A DNA stretch of 54,214 nucleotides, taken from contig JAXMOL010000050.1 in assembly GCA_034669905.1 (NCBI GenBank), positions 1-54,214 on the forward strand, read 5' to 3'. Each line of letters opens with the position of its first letter. The first letter of the stretch is position 1. The DNA comes from Candidatus Hydrogenedentota bacterium. GTDB lineage: Bacteria; Hydrogenedentota; Hydrogenedentia; Hydrogenedentales; JAEUWI01. Made by a program: the position numbers and the translations under genes. This document shows, piece after piece, positions 18,588 through 27,700 of the stretch. Below the pieces are notes generated by a model. The model was not told the origin of the DNA and made no database searches. It saw only the letters and a program-made list of their open reading frames with translations.

Positions 18588-18758
18588 CTCAGCTTCCTCC
18601 TCTTTCATTGATACCCCGAAGCCCCACGCCCCGAGAAAACCTATATCTACCCCGTCGCCCCACCATCCACAAAGGCGAATGTGAGGGTGCAACTTGGCAC
18701 AAGGCCCTTGCATCCATAACAAAGCCCCACAACCCGATCCGATCAACCCAATGGGTGC

Positions 18759-18788
18759 CACGGACAGGCCCGCAGGGGCTTGCCCGTG
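18759..18788. repeat. REP-like hairpin (same family as the one upstream of RAYT)
   Basis: CACGGACAGGCCC-gcag-GGGCTTGCCCGTG, with AACCCAATGGGTGCCAC running into it; a similar 17-mer lies at 6514. Confidence 0.65.
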
Positions 18789-18811
18789 CTAATCGGTGCC
18801 GACTACCCGGG

Positions 18812-19525
18812 CTACCCGTCGGTGGTCAACTGCCGAAGAATCCCCATGGCCCGCGTCTGGTCGCCCGCGCCTTCTTCCACCGGCAATGTCACCGGACGAG
18901 ACACGGGCGTCGGGGGATACTTCTGGTCAAAGCGCACTTCCAGTCCGTGCAGATACTGCTGCACCACGGCCAGCCGCTCCCCAGCCAGGGTCTTGCGCCA
19001 CAGGGCTTCGTCAAAGCCCGCTCCATCCAACTCCCGACCAAGACCACAAAAACGTCCGACGGCCCGCTCCCGTGCCGTCTTGCCATCCTCGGCCAAGGCG
19101 GCCAGCTCTCCCACGGATATACCCAGATCGGCGGCGGCAGCCCGCAAGGTGGCCACCGTGCCCGCCGTCACGTCCTCCGCCTGGTCCACCCAAACGGAGA
19201 CCCGCTCGCGTTGGCCTTCCAAGACCAGAACACCCTCCGACGGATCCCCCGAGTCCCAGTAGTAGGTCCCCTCATCTTCCCGGACCGCCTCCCCATCCTG
19301 GGCCAGCCACGCCACCGGATGGGGGGCCTTCGCCGTCGCCCAGACGGTTCCCTCCAAGACAAGACCGTCCACCCGGAAGCCCATGAGGTAGCCCTCCTGC
19401 TCCAGGCGCAAATCCAGGTGCGCACCACCTTCGTCGTGGTGGCGGTGCAACACAAAGCGCCGCCCCGTAGCGCCATCTTTCGTGCCTTCCGCCGAGGCCC
19501 GTTCGCATCGCAGTCGATGTAACAT
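18812..19525 (-). CDS. LigD 3'-phosphoesterase-like domain fused to a scaffold-like helical C-terminus
   Basis: RRFVLHRH..HLDLRLEQ..KAPHPVAW..DEGTY aligns by eye to LigD PE FVVQKH..HYDFRLE..EDHPLDY..DRGTY. C-terminal LAEDGK..RE..scaffold-like helices. Confidence 0.6.
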   Translation of the reverse strand: MLHRLRCERASAEGTKDGATGRRFVLHRHHDEGGAHLDLRLEQEGYLMGFRVDGLVLEGTVWATAKAPHPVAWLAQDGEAVREDEGTYYWDSGDPSEGVLVLEGQRERVSVWVDQAEDVTAGTVATLRAAAADLGISVGELAALAEDGKTARERAVGRFCGLGRELDGAGFDEALWRKTLAGERLAVVQQYLHGLEVRFDQKYPPTPVSRPVTLPVEEGAGDQTRAMGILRQLTTDG

Positions 19526-19539
19526 GCTTCCCCCTATTC

Positions 19540-19734
19540 CTATTGTGTGAGCAGTTGCTGCGCCAGGGTGATGGTGACCCCAATCAAATTCGCCACCAAC
19601 AACAACACACCCCGCGCCAGGGTCGCCTCCAACCGGCTCACCCGCTCTTTCACTTCCCGCAAATCTTCCCGCACGTTGTCCATTTGAAGCGCGTAGATCG
19701 GCTCAAAGGGACAGGTGCATCCCGCTTTCTCCAT
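19540..19734 (-). CDS. Small coiled-coil plus C-terminal TM protein (XhlA/holin-like)
   Basis: 64 aa MEKAGC...LREVKERVSRLE...VLLLVANLIGVTITL; AGGAGG RBS. Confidence 0.6.
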   Translation of the reverse strand: MEKAGCTCPFEPIYALQMDNVREDLREVKERVSRLEATLARGVLLLVANLIGVTITLAQQLLTQ

Positions 19735-19754
19735 AGCTCCTCCTTGTCTCGTCC

Positions 19755-20432
19755 CTATTCCCCAGCCCAGAGCGGCGCCTGTTTTACAGCGGCGGAATCG
19801 GGAAGCTTCTCCCACACGCGTTCCGCACCACTGCGCTCCCCCCGCACAAAGCCCGTACCCTGTGAGCCCGACGAAACGACCGAACCTTCCAGGACCTCCA
19901 ATACATCCCGCATGATGAAGTGACACACGTCCTCCCCGTAGGCCTGGCCGGGCACGTGGTCGCAGGTGCGCAGGTCTTTGCCACAGACGGAACATTCTGG
20001 CATGCGGAAGGAAAACCCAATGGAGGTCTCCCGATAGACGCCCCCTTCGATATTCAGGATGAAGTCCCGGTTCTCTTCCGTCCGCATCACATACACTTCG
20101 GGACGAACCGAGACCATCTCACCTTCGCGGTGCAACGCCGAACGAAAGAAACGGCCCCGCGGCAGGGTGCCCCGCAGGTCATGCCGTTCCATCAAGGGAC
20201 GTCCCGGCACGAGCGCGTTGATGCGTTCCAATTCCTCCTCCGGAAAACGACTGAAGTGGCGGTCCACCTGGTTGTTACACAAATCCAGTGTGAAGGTGAC
20301 ATATTCCGCCCCATCCATTTCCCGGAGGGCAAAGCGATTCACCGCGTCCGCCACGTCCGATTCATCCATCACCACCGCCCGGGACGCCACCAGACGCCCC
20401 GCCTGCCGAAACACAAACGGTTCCAATTCCAC
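19755..20432 (-). CDS. Prohead maturation protease-like protein with Cys/His zinc-binding insert
   Basis: LCNNQVDR..RF, ERHD (His), ETSIG, CSVC..CDH..C, EGSVV (Ser); AAAGGAGG RBS; follows the portal gene. Confidence 0.75.
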   Translation of the reverse strand: MELEPFVFRQAGRLVASRAVVMDESDVADAVNRFALREMDGAEYVTFTLDLCNNQVDRHFSRFPEEELERINALVPGRPLMERHDLRGTLPRGRFFRSALHREGEMVSVRPEVYVMRTEENRDFILNIEGGVYRETSIGFSFRMPECSVCGKDLRTCDHVPGQAYGEDVCHFIMRDVLEVLEGSVVSSGSQGTGFVRGERSGAERVWEKLPDSAAVKQAPLWAGE

Positions 20433-20520
20433 CCAAGCCTCCTTTCAATGCCGACGCTCCATAGGCCGACAACCTCACCCCGTTGACGTGCCGCCCCCGG
20501 CGCATCCAACTCAAACGTCG

Positions 20521-20576
20521 CCCTTCACCCTTCACCCTTCACCCTTCACCCTTCACCCTTCACCCTTCACCCTTCC
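20521..20576. repeat. Heptamer tandem array (CCCTTCA)7, supplying the portal stop codon
   Basis: Read directly; TGA at 20567-20569 lies inside the array. Confidence 0.95.
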
Positions 20577-21814
20577 AACTCCCGCCGCAGCCCTTCATCG
20601 TCCAAGAGCCCGGCCTCACGAAGTTGCAAGGCATTCCCGATCTCCTTCTCCCGGGCCTGGGCTTCTTTCAACACATCCACCGTGCGGTTCCTGTGCATCC
20701 GCACCTGCGCTTCGGCTTCGCCCCACATGAGCGCCAGCTCCACGTTGTAGAGACGCTCCAGCATCTGCTGGACGCTGCGGTTAATGCCTTCCACCTGGCG
20801 GTTGATGATTTCGAACTGGGCCGTGCCATAAGTCTCCGTCGTGCCATAATTCCGCCCGAGCAAGATGGGCATGAGGTGCATCCCCGTGATCACCTGTTCC
20901 TCAATGGCCTTGTGGTTGTCATAGAAAACCTGGGTTCGCTGGTCCCCGCGCAACATGGAGATATTCACGTTGTCGTAGGTCACCAGATTCTGATCCGCCT
21001 CAAGGCCACTCAACTTGTCCCGCAGCGCGGACAGGTTCGATTGCATCCGCTCCTGGTACGCCTCCACACTTTCGCCCCGCGCCCGCTCTTCCACGGCATA
21101 TTGAACATGCAACTTGTTCCACCCCGCATTGTGGGTTGCCTTCGCCATGTCTTCCATCAAACGTTGCTGAATTTTCACGACAAAAGGAATAGAGCGCAAC
21201 ATGGAACGCCCGTAGGGATTGGTGCCTTCGCGGTCGAGTCCCACATAGATAAATCGCTCCATCGGCAGCTTGATCGATTGCCCACCGACCAGCTGATAGG
21301 CCTGGAGCTGCCCGTCTTCCCGACGAAAGCGGATAGTCCACACATCGATGGGCACCACATCCCAAATGGACTCACGGCTCTGCGACAGCACAATCTCCAC
21401 CGCAGCGGCACCGTAGGTGAAGAGCGACGTATAGAACACATCGAGGAGGCCCTCCATACCCCGGTCCCCCGAATTTACCCGCTTGTCGAGGGCCGTGATG
21501 AGACGGCGTGCCCGCGCTTCCGCCGCCTCCGAACTGACCGACGTGAAGTCGACCGTGTAGCCCGTCTGGCAAAGGCGCTTCCATGTCCATATCGCATCAG
21601 ACACATCGGGGATGGCATCCCGCAGAAAGCGATAGACATCGAGCATGGCAAAGGGCGTGTCATTGGCCATCCCCACATAGGATCCCCAGGCCCCATCCCA
21701 TGGCCCCCCATCCGCCGTGCGGCTGACCGTCTTGAAGACCCCCGCCGGTGCCTTGGGTGCCGGACGCACCCCCCGGGTCTTCTCCCGCCGGAACCAATCC
21801 TTCCATCGCCCCAT
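20567..21814 (-). CDS. Phage portal protein
   Basis: LFTYG.A..EIV, VPIDVWTIRF, NPYGRSML, helical stem, QMLERLYN; 415 aa; first gene of the head module. Confidence 0.82.
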   Translation of the reverse strand: MGRWKDWFRREKTRGVRPAPKAPAGVFKTVSRTADGGPWDGAWGSYVGMANDTPFAMLDVYRFLRDAIPDVSDAIWTWKRLCQTGYTVDFTSVSSEAAEARARRLITALDKRVNSGDRGMEGLLDVFYTSLFTYGAAAVEIVLSQSRESIWDVVPIDVWTIRFRREDGQLQAYQLVGGQSIKLPMERFIYVGLDREGTNPYGRSMLRSIPFVVKIQQRLMEDMAKATHNAGWNKLHVQYAVEERARGESVEAYQERMQSNLSALRDKLSGLEADQNLVTYDNVNISMLRGDQRTQVFYDNHKAIEEQVITGMHLMPILLGRNYGTTETYGTAQFEIINRQVEGINRSVQQMLERLYNVELALMWGEAEAQVRMHRNRTVDVLKEAQAREKEIGNALQLREAGLLDDEGLRRELEG

Positions 21815-21949
21815 ACCGTTCCTCTCCCTCTGCTGTGGGCCACGGGCCCGCCTGACTTCCAGCTATAGGGATCGGTCATCTACCCCAAAGGGCGCTAATA
21901 AGGGAATTTCAAAGGACTTACAGAATCAGCGGCTCTCGATGCTTTCGCA

Positions 21950-22443
21950 ACACGCCCCCGGCGGGGACTGCACCGACGCAACACACCACGCCGCACCTAC
22001 ACCAACCCGCGGGCGAGAGCCCCCCACCGGACACAGCCAAGCCCAACCGGACGTCGGGGCCGTCCCCCTCTTCAAGCAAGACTCCACCCAACCCAAGGCA
22101 TCCTGCCAACGCTCGTCCACCCACCAATGCCGCAAGCAAGCTTGCTCAAATAAAGCGACAGCAAGCTGCCGCACGCCACGGAGTTTCCCCAGCTGACTTC
22201 ACAACAGGTCGAACGTAGTCAGGAGACGCGTTTTGGGGCGGGTCCACGACACGCCCCCGGCGGGGACTGCACCGACGCAACACACCACGCCGTACCCACA
22301 CCAACCCGCGGGCGAGAGCCCCCCACCAGACACAGCCAAGCCCAACTGGACGTCGGGGCTGTCCCCCTCTTCAAAACGACGAAGGAGTACCGAAGCACAC
22401 GTGAAGGGTGCCACCTATACGGACGTGAGGGACGTACGGCCTT
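21950..22443. repeat. REP mosaic: REPIN-like units 21963-22067 and 22262-22366, GCAAGCTTGC REP 22129-22176, GGGTGCCAC motif 22406-22443
   Basis: Same motifs as in 11810-12310. Confidence 0.88.
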
Positions 22444-22457
22444 GGGGGTGAAAGCCC

Positions 22458-23462
22458 TTACTCCGCCGCGGCCGCCTCAGGCTCCTTGCTCCCCGCAGGT
22501 GCAACTACCGCGCGCATCGCACCGCCATCCACGGTGAACAACTGGAGCGGAAGGACCGGCGCCGTTGACGGAATGGCATAGCGCGTCCGTCCCCAGGGCA
22601 GGGTCTCGCCGACTCCCGGCACCATCTCGCCGGAAACGAGATAGTCCAACGGGTCATCCACGAACAATACGAGTTGGGACCGAATCGACCAGTCCAATCC
22701 GAAGCGGCCCGTTACCCCCACGCTCCAGCGAGACGCACGCAAGGCCCGTCGCCATCGATGAATCGCGCCCATACGGCCATCCACCCCCACATCCGTTTGG
22801 GAAAGTCCCGCACCGAAAAGCATGTACCCATCTTTTCCAAAGGAAAAGGCATGCTCGGAAACAATCGGATTTCCAGCCGCACGACAACGCGCCACTTCTT
22901 CCCCGTCTGGACAATAAAATACCGGCACGGCCATTTCGGACCACTGCGCCTCCAGCGCCACATACGACGCCTCCTGCCCATCGGTCGTCAAGGTACCCAC
23001 CAGAAAAACGAGCGCGGCATCCGTTGCCCGGACTTCGCTGACCAGGGATTCCGAAAAAACGGCAGCACCCGGTTGCCCGTCTGAATCACGACGAACCACC
23101 GCCACGGAATACGCCTCAGGGAATTCCGGAAGCACGTGGACCCTTCCCGATGGCAGCGTCGATTCGTCCGCCGGGCCGGCGACGAATTCATAGCGCCCGG
23201 CGGGCAGCTCCTCGGGGATACGGACATGGCCTGCGCCAATCGGCAGCGCCCCCTTCGGCGCGACGACCGGCAGGGGGTACCGCTCCAAGCCCCGTATCAG
23301 GGTGACGGTTTCTCCGGCCCCTTCCCCAACACCGAACAGACCGCCGGGTACAACGACCGCGGGACGACCAGGCGCTGGTCCACCGACTGCGGCAGCTGCT
23401 CCCAGCCCATGCATGCCGGCAACCCACAGCAACAGGCTCGTGATTACAAGGCGTCGTGTCAT
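22458..23462 (-). CDS. Secreted protein with a degenerate calcineurin-like metallophosphoesterase fold
   Basis: Signal peptide; VFLVGTLTTDG...Y and PVFYCPDG in place of GD/GNHD motifs. Confidence 0.5.
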   Translation of the reverse strand: MTRRLVITSLLLWVAGMHGLGAAAAVGGPAPGRPAVVVPGGLFGVGEGAGETVTLIRGLERYPLPVVAPKGALPIGAGHVRIPEELPAGRYEFVAGPADESTLPSGRVHVLPEFPEAYSVAVVRRDSDGQPGAAVFSESLVSEVRATDAALVFLVGTLTTDGQEASYVALEAQWSEMAVPVFYCPDGEEVARCRAAGNPIVSEHAFSFGKDGYMLFGAGLSQTDVGVDGRMGAIHRWRRALRASRWSVGVTGRFGLDWSIRSQLVLFVDDPLDYLVSGEMVPGVGETLPWGRTRYAIPSTAPVLPLQLFTVDGGAMRAVVAPAGSKEPEAAAAE

Positions 23463-24673
23463 CCGTCGTGCTCCGGGCGCCAGGCGGGAAAGGCCGCTGC
23501 ACCATCCTGTTTACCTAACGCTTCCAGCTCCTTGCCCTTGTCGGAAACCACATAAAGTTGTGGCACCCCCGTGCGATCGGAGACAAAGGCCACCCATTTC
23601 CCATCGGGCGACCAGGCCGGCGACCAGGCCTCCCCTTCGCCCACGGCCAGGGGGCTCACCAGCGCGGTGTCTGTAAATACCTGATAAATACCCCGAGGGC
23701 CATCCCGAAAGGATTCGAAGGCCAGGCGCCGCCCCTCGGGCGACCACACCGGATTCCAATCTGCGGCACGGTGGTTGGTCACATTCGCAATACCCCGCCT
23801 TCCCAGGACGAAGATCTCCCGGTCCCCGCCTTCGTCGGATTCATAGGCAATACGATTGCCCTCGCCCGGATCGTCCAGCCGGTAGGGCCCATAACGATTC
23901 CCGGTCGGAGCACCTGCGTCGAAGGCGGGCTCTTCCCAGTTGGGCTCCAGTTGCCACAGGACCGCCTTCAAACCGGCCCGCTCCGGGTCTGCGAGCCCCA
24001 GGAAGGGCAGTACCTCGCTCGCTGTCACCATCACGGGCACCGTCGTGATGCCGCCCCCACCATCGCCCCCGGGAACCAACTGGAGCGCCACCAGGGCCTC
24101 AGGCAATACCTTTCGGAGAATGCTCAGACGCCCCATTCGTGCCTCGGTGATAAACCGCTCCATATCCACGCCGGGTACCGCAATGGAGCTATCCGGGTCC
24201 AACATCAACATGAAGTAATTGAAGGGCATCCAGACCGGACGCACCAGTCCCTGCCGATTTCCGCCCCAGACCGCCTCCGTCTCCCCGTTCAAATCGTAGA
24301 CACCGACGCGCCCCAGGCCACCCCGTCCCGGGGATGACACATAGGTCAGCCGGGTGCCGTCGGTGGACCAGCGGGGGGCCGTATTCCAGGGCTGCGCCAG
24401 GGGGAGGGCACGCCCTTCCCGGCCATCGGCCCGCACCACATAGAGGCCCCGCGTCGATTCCTGGTCCCCCGTCTCGAAAGCCAACCAGGCACCATCGGGC
24501 GACCATTGCGGCGCGCCATCCCAGGAACCGGGTCCCACGGAGCGGGTCGTCTTCTGTGCCACATCAAGGACCCGCACCTGGGCCGACGGCGTGCCGGCAT
24601 CCGCCACATAGGCCACCTGGCCCGACGGCTGGGCCACGAAACTACAAAGCATCATCCATAGTGTCAGGGTCAT
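23459..24673 (-). CDS. TolB-like beta-propeller (PD40 repeat) protein
   Basis: Repeated P.WSPDG..LAF.S motifs. Confidence 0.85.
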   Translation of the reverse strand: MTLTLWMMLCSFVAQPSGQVAYVADAGTPSAQVRVLDVAQKTTRSVGPGSWDGAPQWSPDGAWLAFETGDQESTRGLYVVRADGREGRALPLAQPWNTAPRWSTDGTRLTYVSSPGRGGLGRVGVYDLNGETEAVWGGNRQGLVRPVWMPFNYFMLMLDPDSSIAVPGVDMERFITEARMGRLSILRKVLPEALVALQLVPGGDGGGGITTVPVMVTASEVLPFLGLADPERAGLKAVLWQLEPNWEEPAFDAGAPTGNRYGPYRLDDPGEGNRIAYESDEGGDREIFVLGRRGIANVTNHRAADWNPVWSPEGRRLAFESFRDGPRGIYQVFTDTALVSPLAVGEGEAWSPAWSPDGKWVAFVSDRTGVPQLYVVSDKGKELEALGKQDGAAAFPAWRPEHDG

Positions 24674-24709
24674 GAAACACTCCAAGGCGCCCTGGGCAGC
24701 AGGGCCATG

Positions 24710-24748
24710 AAAAAGGACCGCCGTGTGAAGTGTATTCACACGGCGGTC
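24710..24748 (-). terminator. Rho-independent terminator
   Basis: Perfect 14-bp stem GACCGCCGTGTGAA/TTCACACGGCGGTC with a 5-nt loop and T-run on the minus strand, after the M4 peptidase gene. Confidence 0.85.
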
Positions 24749-24779
24749 TGCTATGGTATCAATTATGGGGCGCGACGCG

Positions 24780-27700
24780 CTAGCGGAGCAGCGCCTTGTT
24801 CACCACCACCTGGATGTCCGAGGCGTTTACCTGGCCGTCCCGGTTGGCGTCCGGATTAACGTCTTCCGACTTGGCGCCTGGCAGTGCCAGCACCGCGTTG
24901 ACCACCAACTGAACGTCAATGGCGTCGATTTTTCCGTCGTTGTTCACGTCGGTCACCGCGACAGCCGACCCTTCACCCAGATAGGTGAAGCCGTTGTGCA
25001 GGATGCCGTTTCCGTTGGTCGTTTTCACCACCACGTCAACCGTACCCGGCGCATGCAAGGGCGTCGTCACTTCGATTTCGCCGTCGGAAATGGCCCGGAT
25101 GCTCGTCACATCGGTGCCGCCGAAGGAGACCGAAATGGGCGCGCCCATACGGTTACCTTTGATACGAACCACGTCGCCGCCCATCACACTGCCCAGGGCC
25201 GGTGTCACAGAGACAATTTCCGGAATGGCCGATACGGTCACCACAGGCGAGAAGGCAATCGCGCCGGCAATACCGATCTGAGTGACCGGCACCACACCAA
25301 AGTACCACTTATCACCACCCCGGGTTGCCTGGGGCGAAATGCGGGTGCGATTGGTGAGACTCGTTACGATCTGGTTGTTGCGATACCAGTAGATAACCGA
25401 AGAGCCTTCGTCGTAGAGGCCAAAACCGTCCGCCTGCAGGGGATGGCTGTAGCTGTAGGCCGCCGAAAGTGCGCTCTCCGTTTGGACCGCACGGCTCCGG
25501 GTCGGATCTTCACCCGGCTCACCGGAAAGGAGCATCAGATTCGTGGCTTCCGGAATCAGCAGCACATCGCCAACCTGCACGGTAATGTCCTGGTAAGCGA
25601 TCTGCCCATCCGCCCGGGCCGTGACACGGAGCTGGTAGGTGCCCGCATCCTGCAAGGTCGTCTGCCAGCTGAAGGTTCCCGTTCCATTCCCGTTGTCTGC
25701 GAAGCGCAAACCACCCGGACCATTCCATTCGCCAGTGAGCACCGGCGTCGTGGCGCTGCCTTCGGGAGCGATGGCCGTAACCGTGAACTCGACGAGTTCA
25801 CCCGCATCCACTCCAGCTACCGAGACGGGCTCCAGTCGAAGCAGTACGTTGTTCTCCGGCAGATTCGAGAGGTCCGAAAGACCGCCCGCACTCGCCACAC
25901 CCGGGAAGATGGTTGCGGGATCAACCGGAACACCCCGGCCATCCGAAAGACCAACCACGGCGGCACTCGCCACCGCATCCAGATAGGTCATCCGAATGTG
26001 GCCACTGTAGAAAAGCTCCACCTGAATGGTGCTCGTCGAACCCACCGTGCTCGGAGCCAGCGAATTAAACTGGGGCACGTTCTCGTAGGTAACCACGAAG
26101 CGGTCATCGAGGAAGCGCAACCACATCGAACCACCCGCGCTGGAAGCCAGGGTATCAAAGAGGTCCGCGTTGCCTGCGAAGAAGTAGGAGATACGGGGAA
26201 TCGCAAAATGGGACGCCAGGCTGGGGAAGTTCAAGGTATCTCCCGCACCCACCGGCTGGAAACTGATGTAGCCGTTTGCCGCCGCGTATATCTGCGCATA
26301 AGGCTGCCCGAAGAAGGGGAAGGTCTTCTCGCCCAGATTCACAACAACACCCGAATCCTGGGGCGACGTGATATCGAAGGCCCGACCCGCACTATCTTCA
26401 CGCGCCACGGGCAACGCAAAGGCTTCGGGATTAAAGGTCGCTTCGTAGTTATTGAAGCTGCCACTCCCGGTGCTGCTGCCGAAGGCCCCGACAGGCGGGC
26501 CAACCGGCGTATAGAGAATCTGGCTGTAGGCAAGATCCACCGTGTTGGATCCGTCCCCGAAGAGACTGTCCGATCCGAAGGACTCTGTCAGGGCGCTGGA
26601 GGCAATTTCGCCTGCCGTCGCCCGCGCCGAGACCAACTGGGGAAGCCCCGAAGTCAGGTCCACGATGACGCTGTAGTAGTAGGTAACGCCGTCGAGTACA
26701 TCTTCGTCCAGAAACTGGGCCATGGTACCGCGCGCAATTTCTTCGCCGTCACTCAAGCTCGTCGGGAATCCCACGACACTTCGCACGACGACGACTTCGT
26801 CAAAAAGCGCCGCATCCGGATTCGTCCATTTCAGGGCGATTACCGGGCTACCCGTCGTATCGGTCGTGGCCAGTGCGCGGAAGTCGCGCAATCCGTCGTC
26901 AAAAAGGAAATCCGGAATAATCTCGACGGCCTTACCGGCGTTCGAGATATTCAGGCGTTCTTCGAAACTCAGCCCCATATCGATCGCCGAAGCGCCCATG
27001 GCGAGATAGAGGTCGTTGTAGTCCGACCCGGGCGAAAGCAGAAACTGTGTCCCAAAGAACAAATCCGCGGTCATAGAGATGCCCATGCCGGTGATAGTCT
27101 GACCATTGAAGGTGCCACCGTCCGTCAGCAGATAACACAGCTTGTTACCAATACCGCTGTTGACGTGTACCCCGCCATTGTCCACGAAGGAAGTCACGTC
27201 CAGCAGGAGCGAACTGCCCAAGCGGTCGGGATGCCCGAAAATCGTCGGGTCCTTCATATTACGGATACCGACATTGCCGAAGGTCCCGAAAATACTCGGG
27301 TCCAATTCTTCACCGACGATCCAACGGTTGGCTTCCGTATCATTGTCGCTGCCATTGGTCTGGTCGACCCACTCGCCCCACATGTCCGAGAAAGACTCGT
27401 TGATGGCGCCGGAGAAACCAAAGTAAATGAGCCCCGAGGTAAACTGGGTCAAGCCGTGCGTCAACTCGTGGGCCACCACGTCGTCGAGAACAAACCCGGT
27501 GCCGAAAAGCATTTCGGTAATGTCACCCGAACCTTCCTCGGTGCTACCCGGGCTGAGCGAACAACCCCAGCAGGCGTTGGAGAATGGCACGTTGACGGTG
27601 GCCACAATCGGGCTGCCGTTGCCATCGAAGCTGTCGTATCCATGTTCGGTGAGGTAGAAATTGTGCGTGTCACCCAGAAACTCGTACGCGTCGTCCACCG

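Noticed and set aside
13120..21814. Complete inducible prophage
   Set aside because: No integrase, att repeats, repressor, replication genes, terminase, tail tube, tape measure or endolysin is visible in or beside the cluster.
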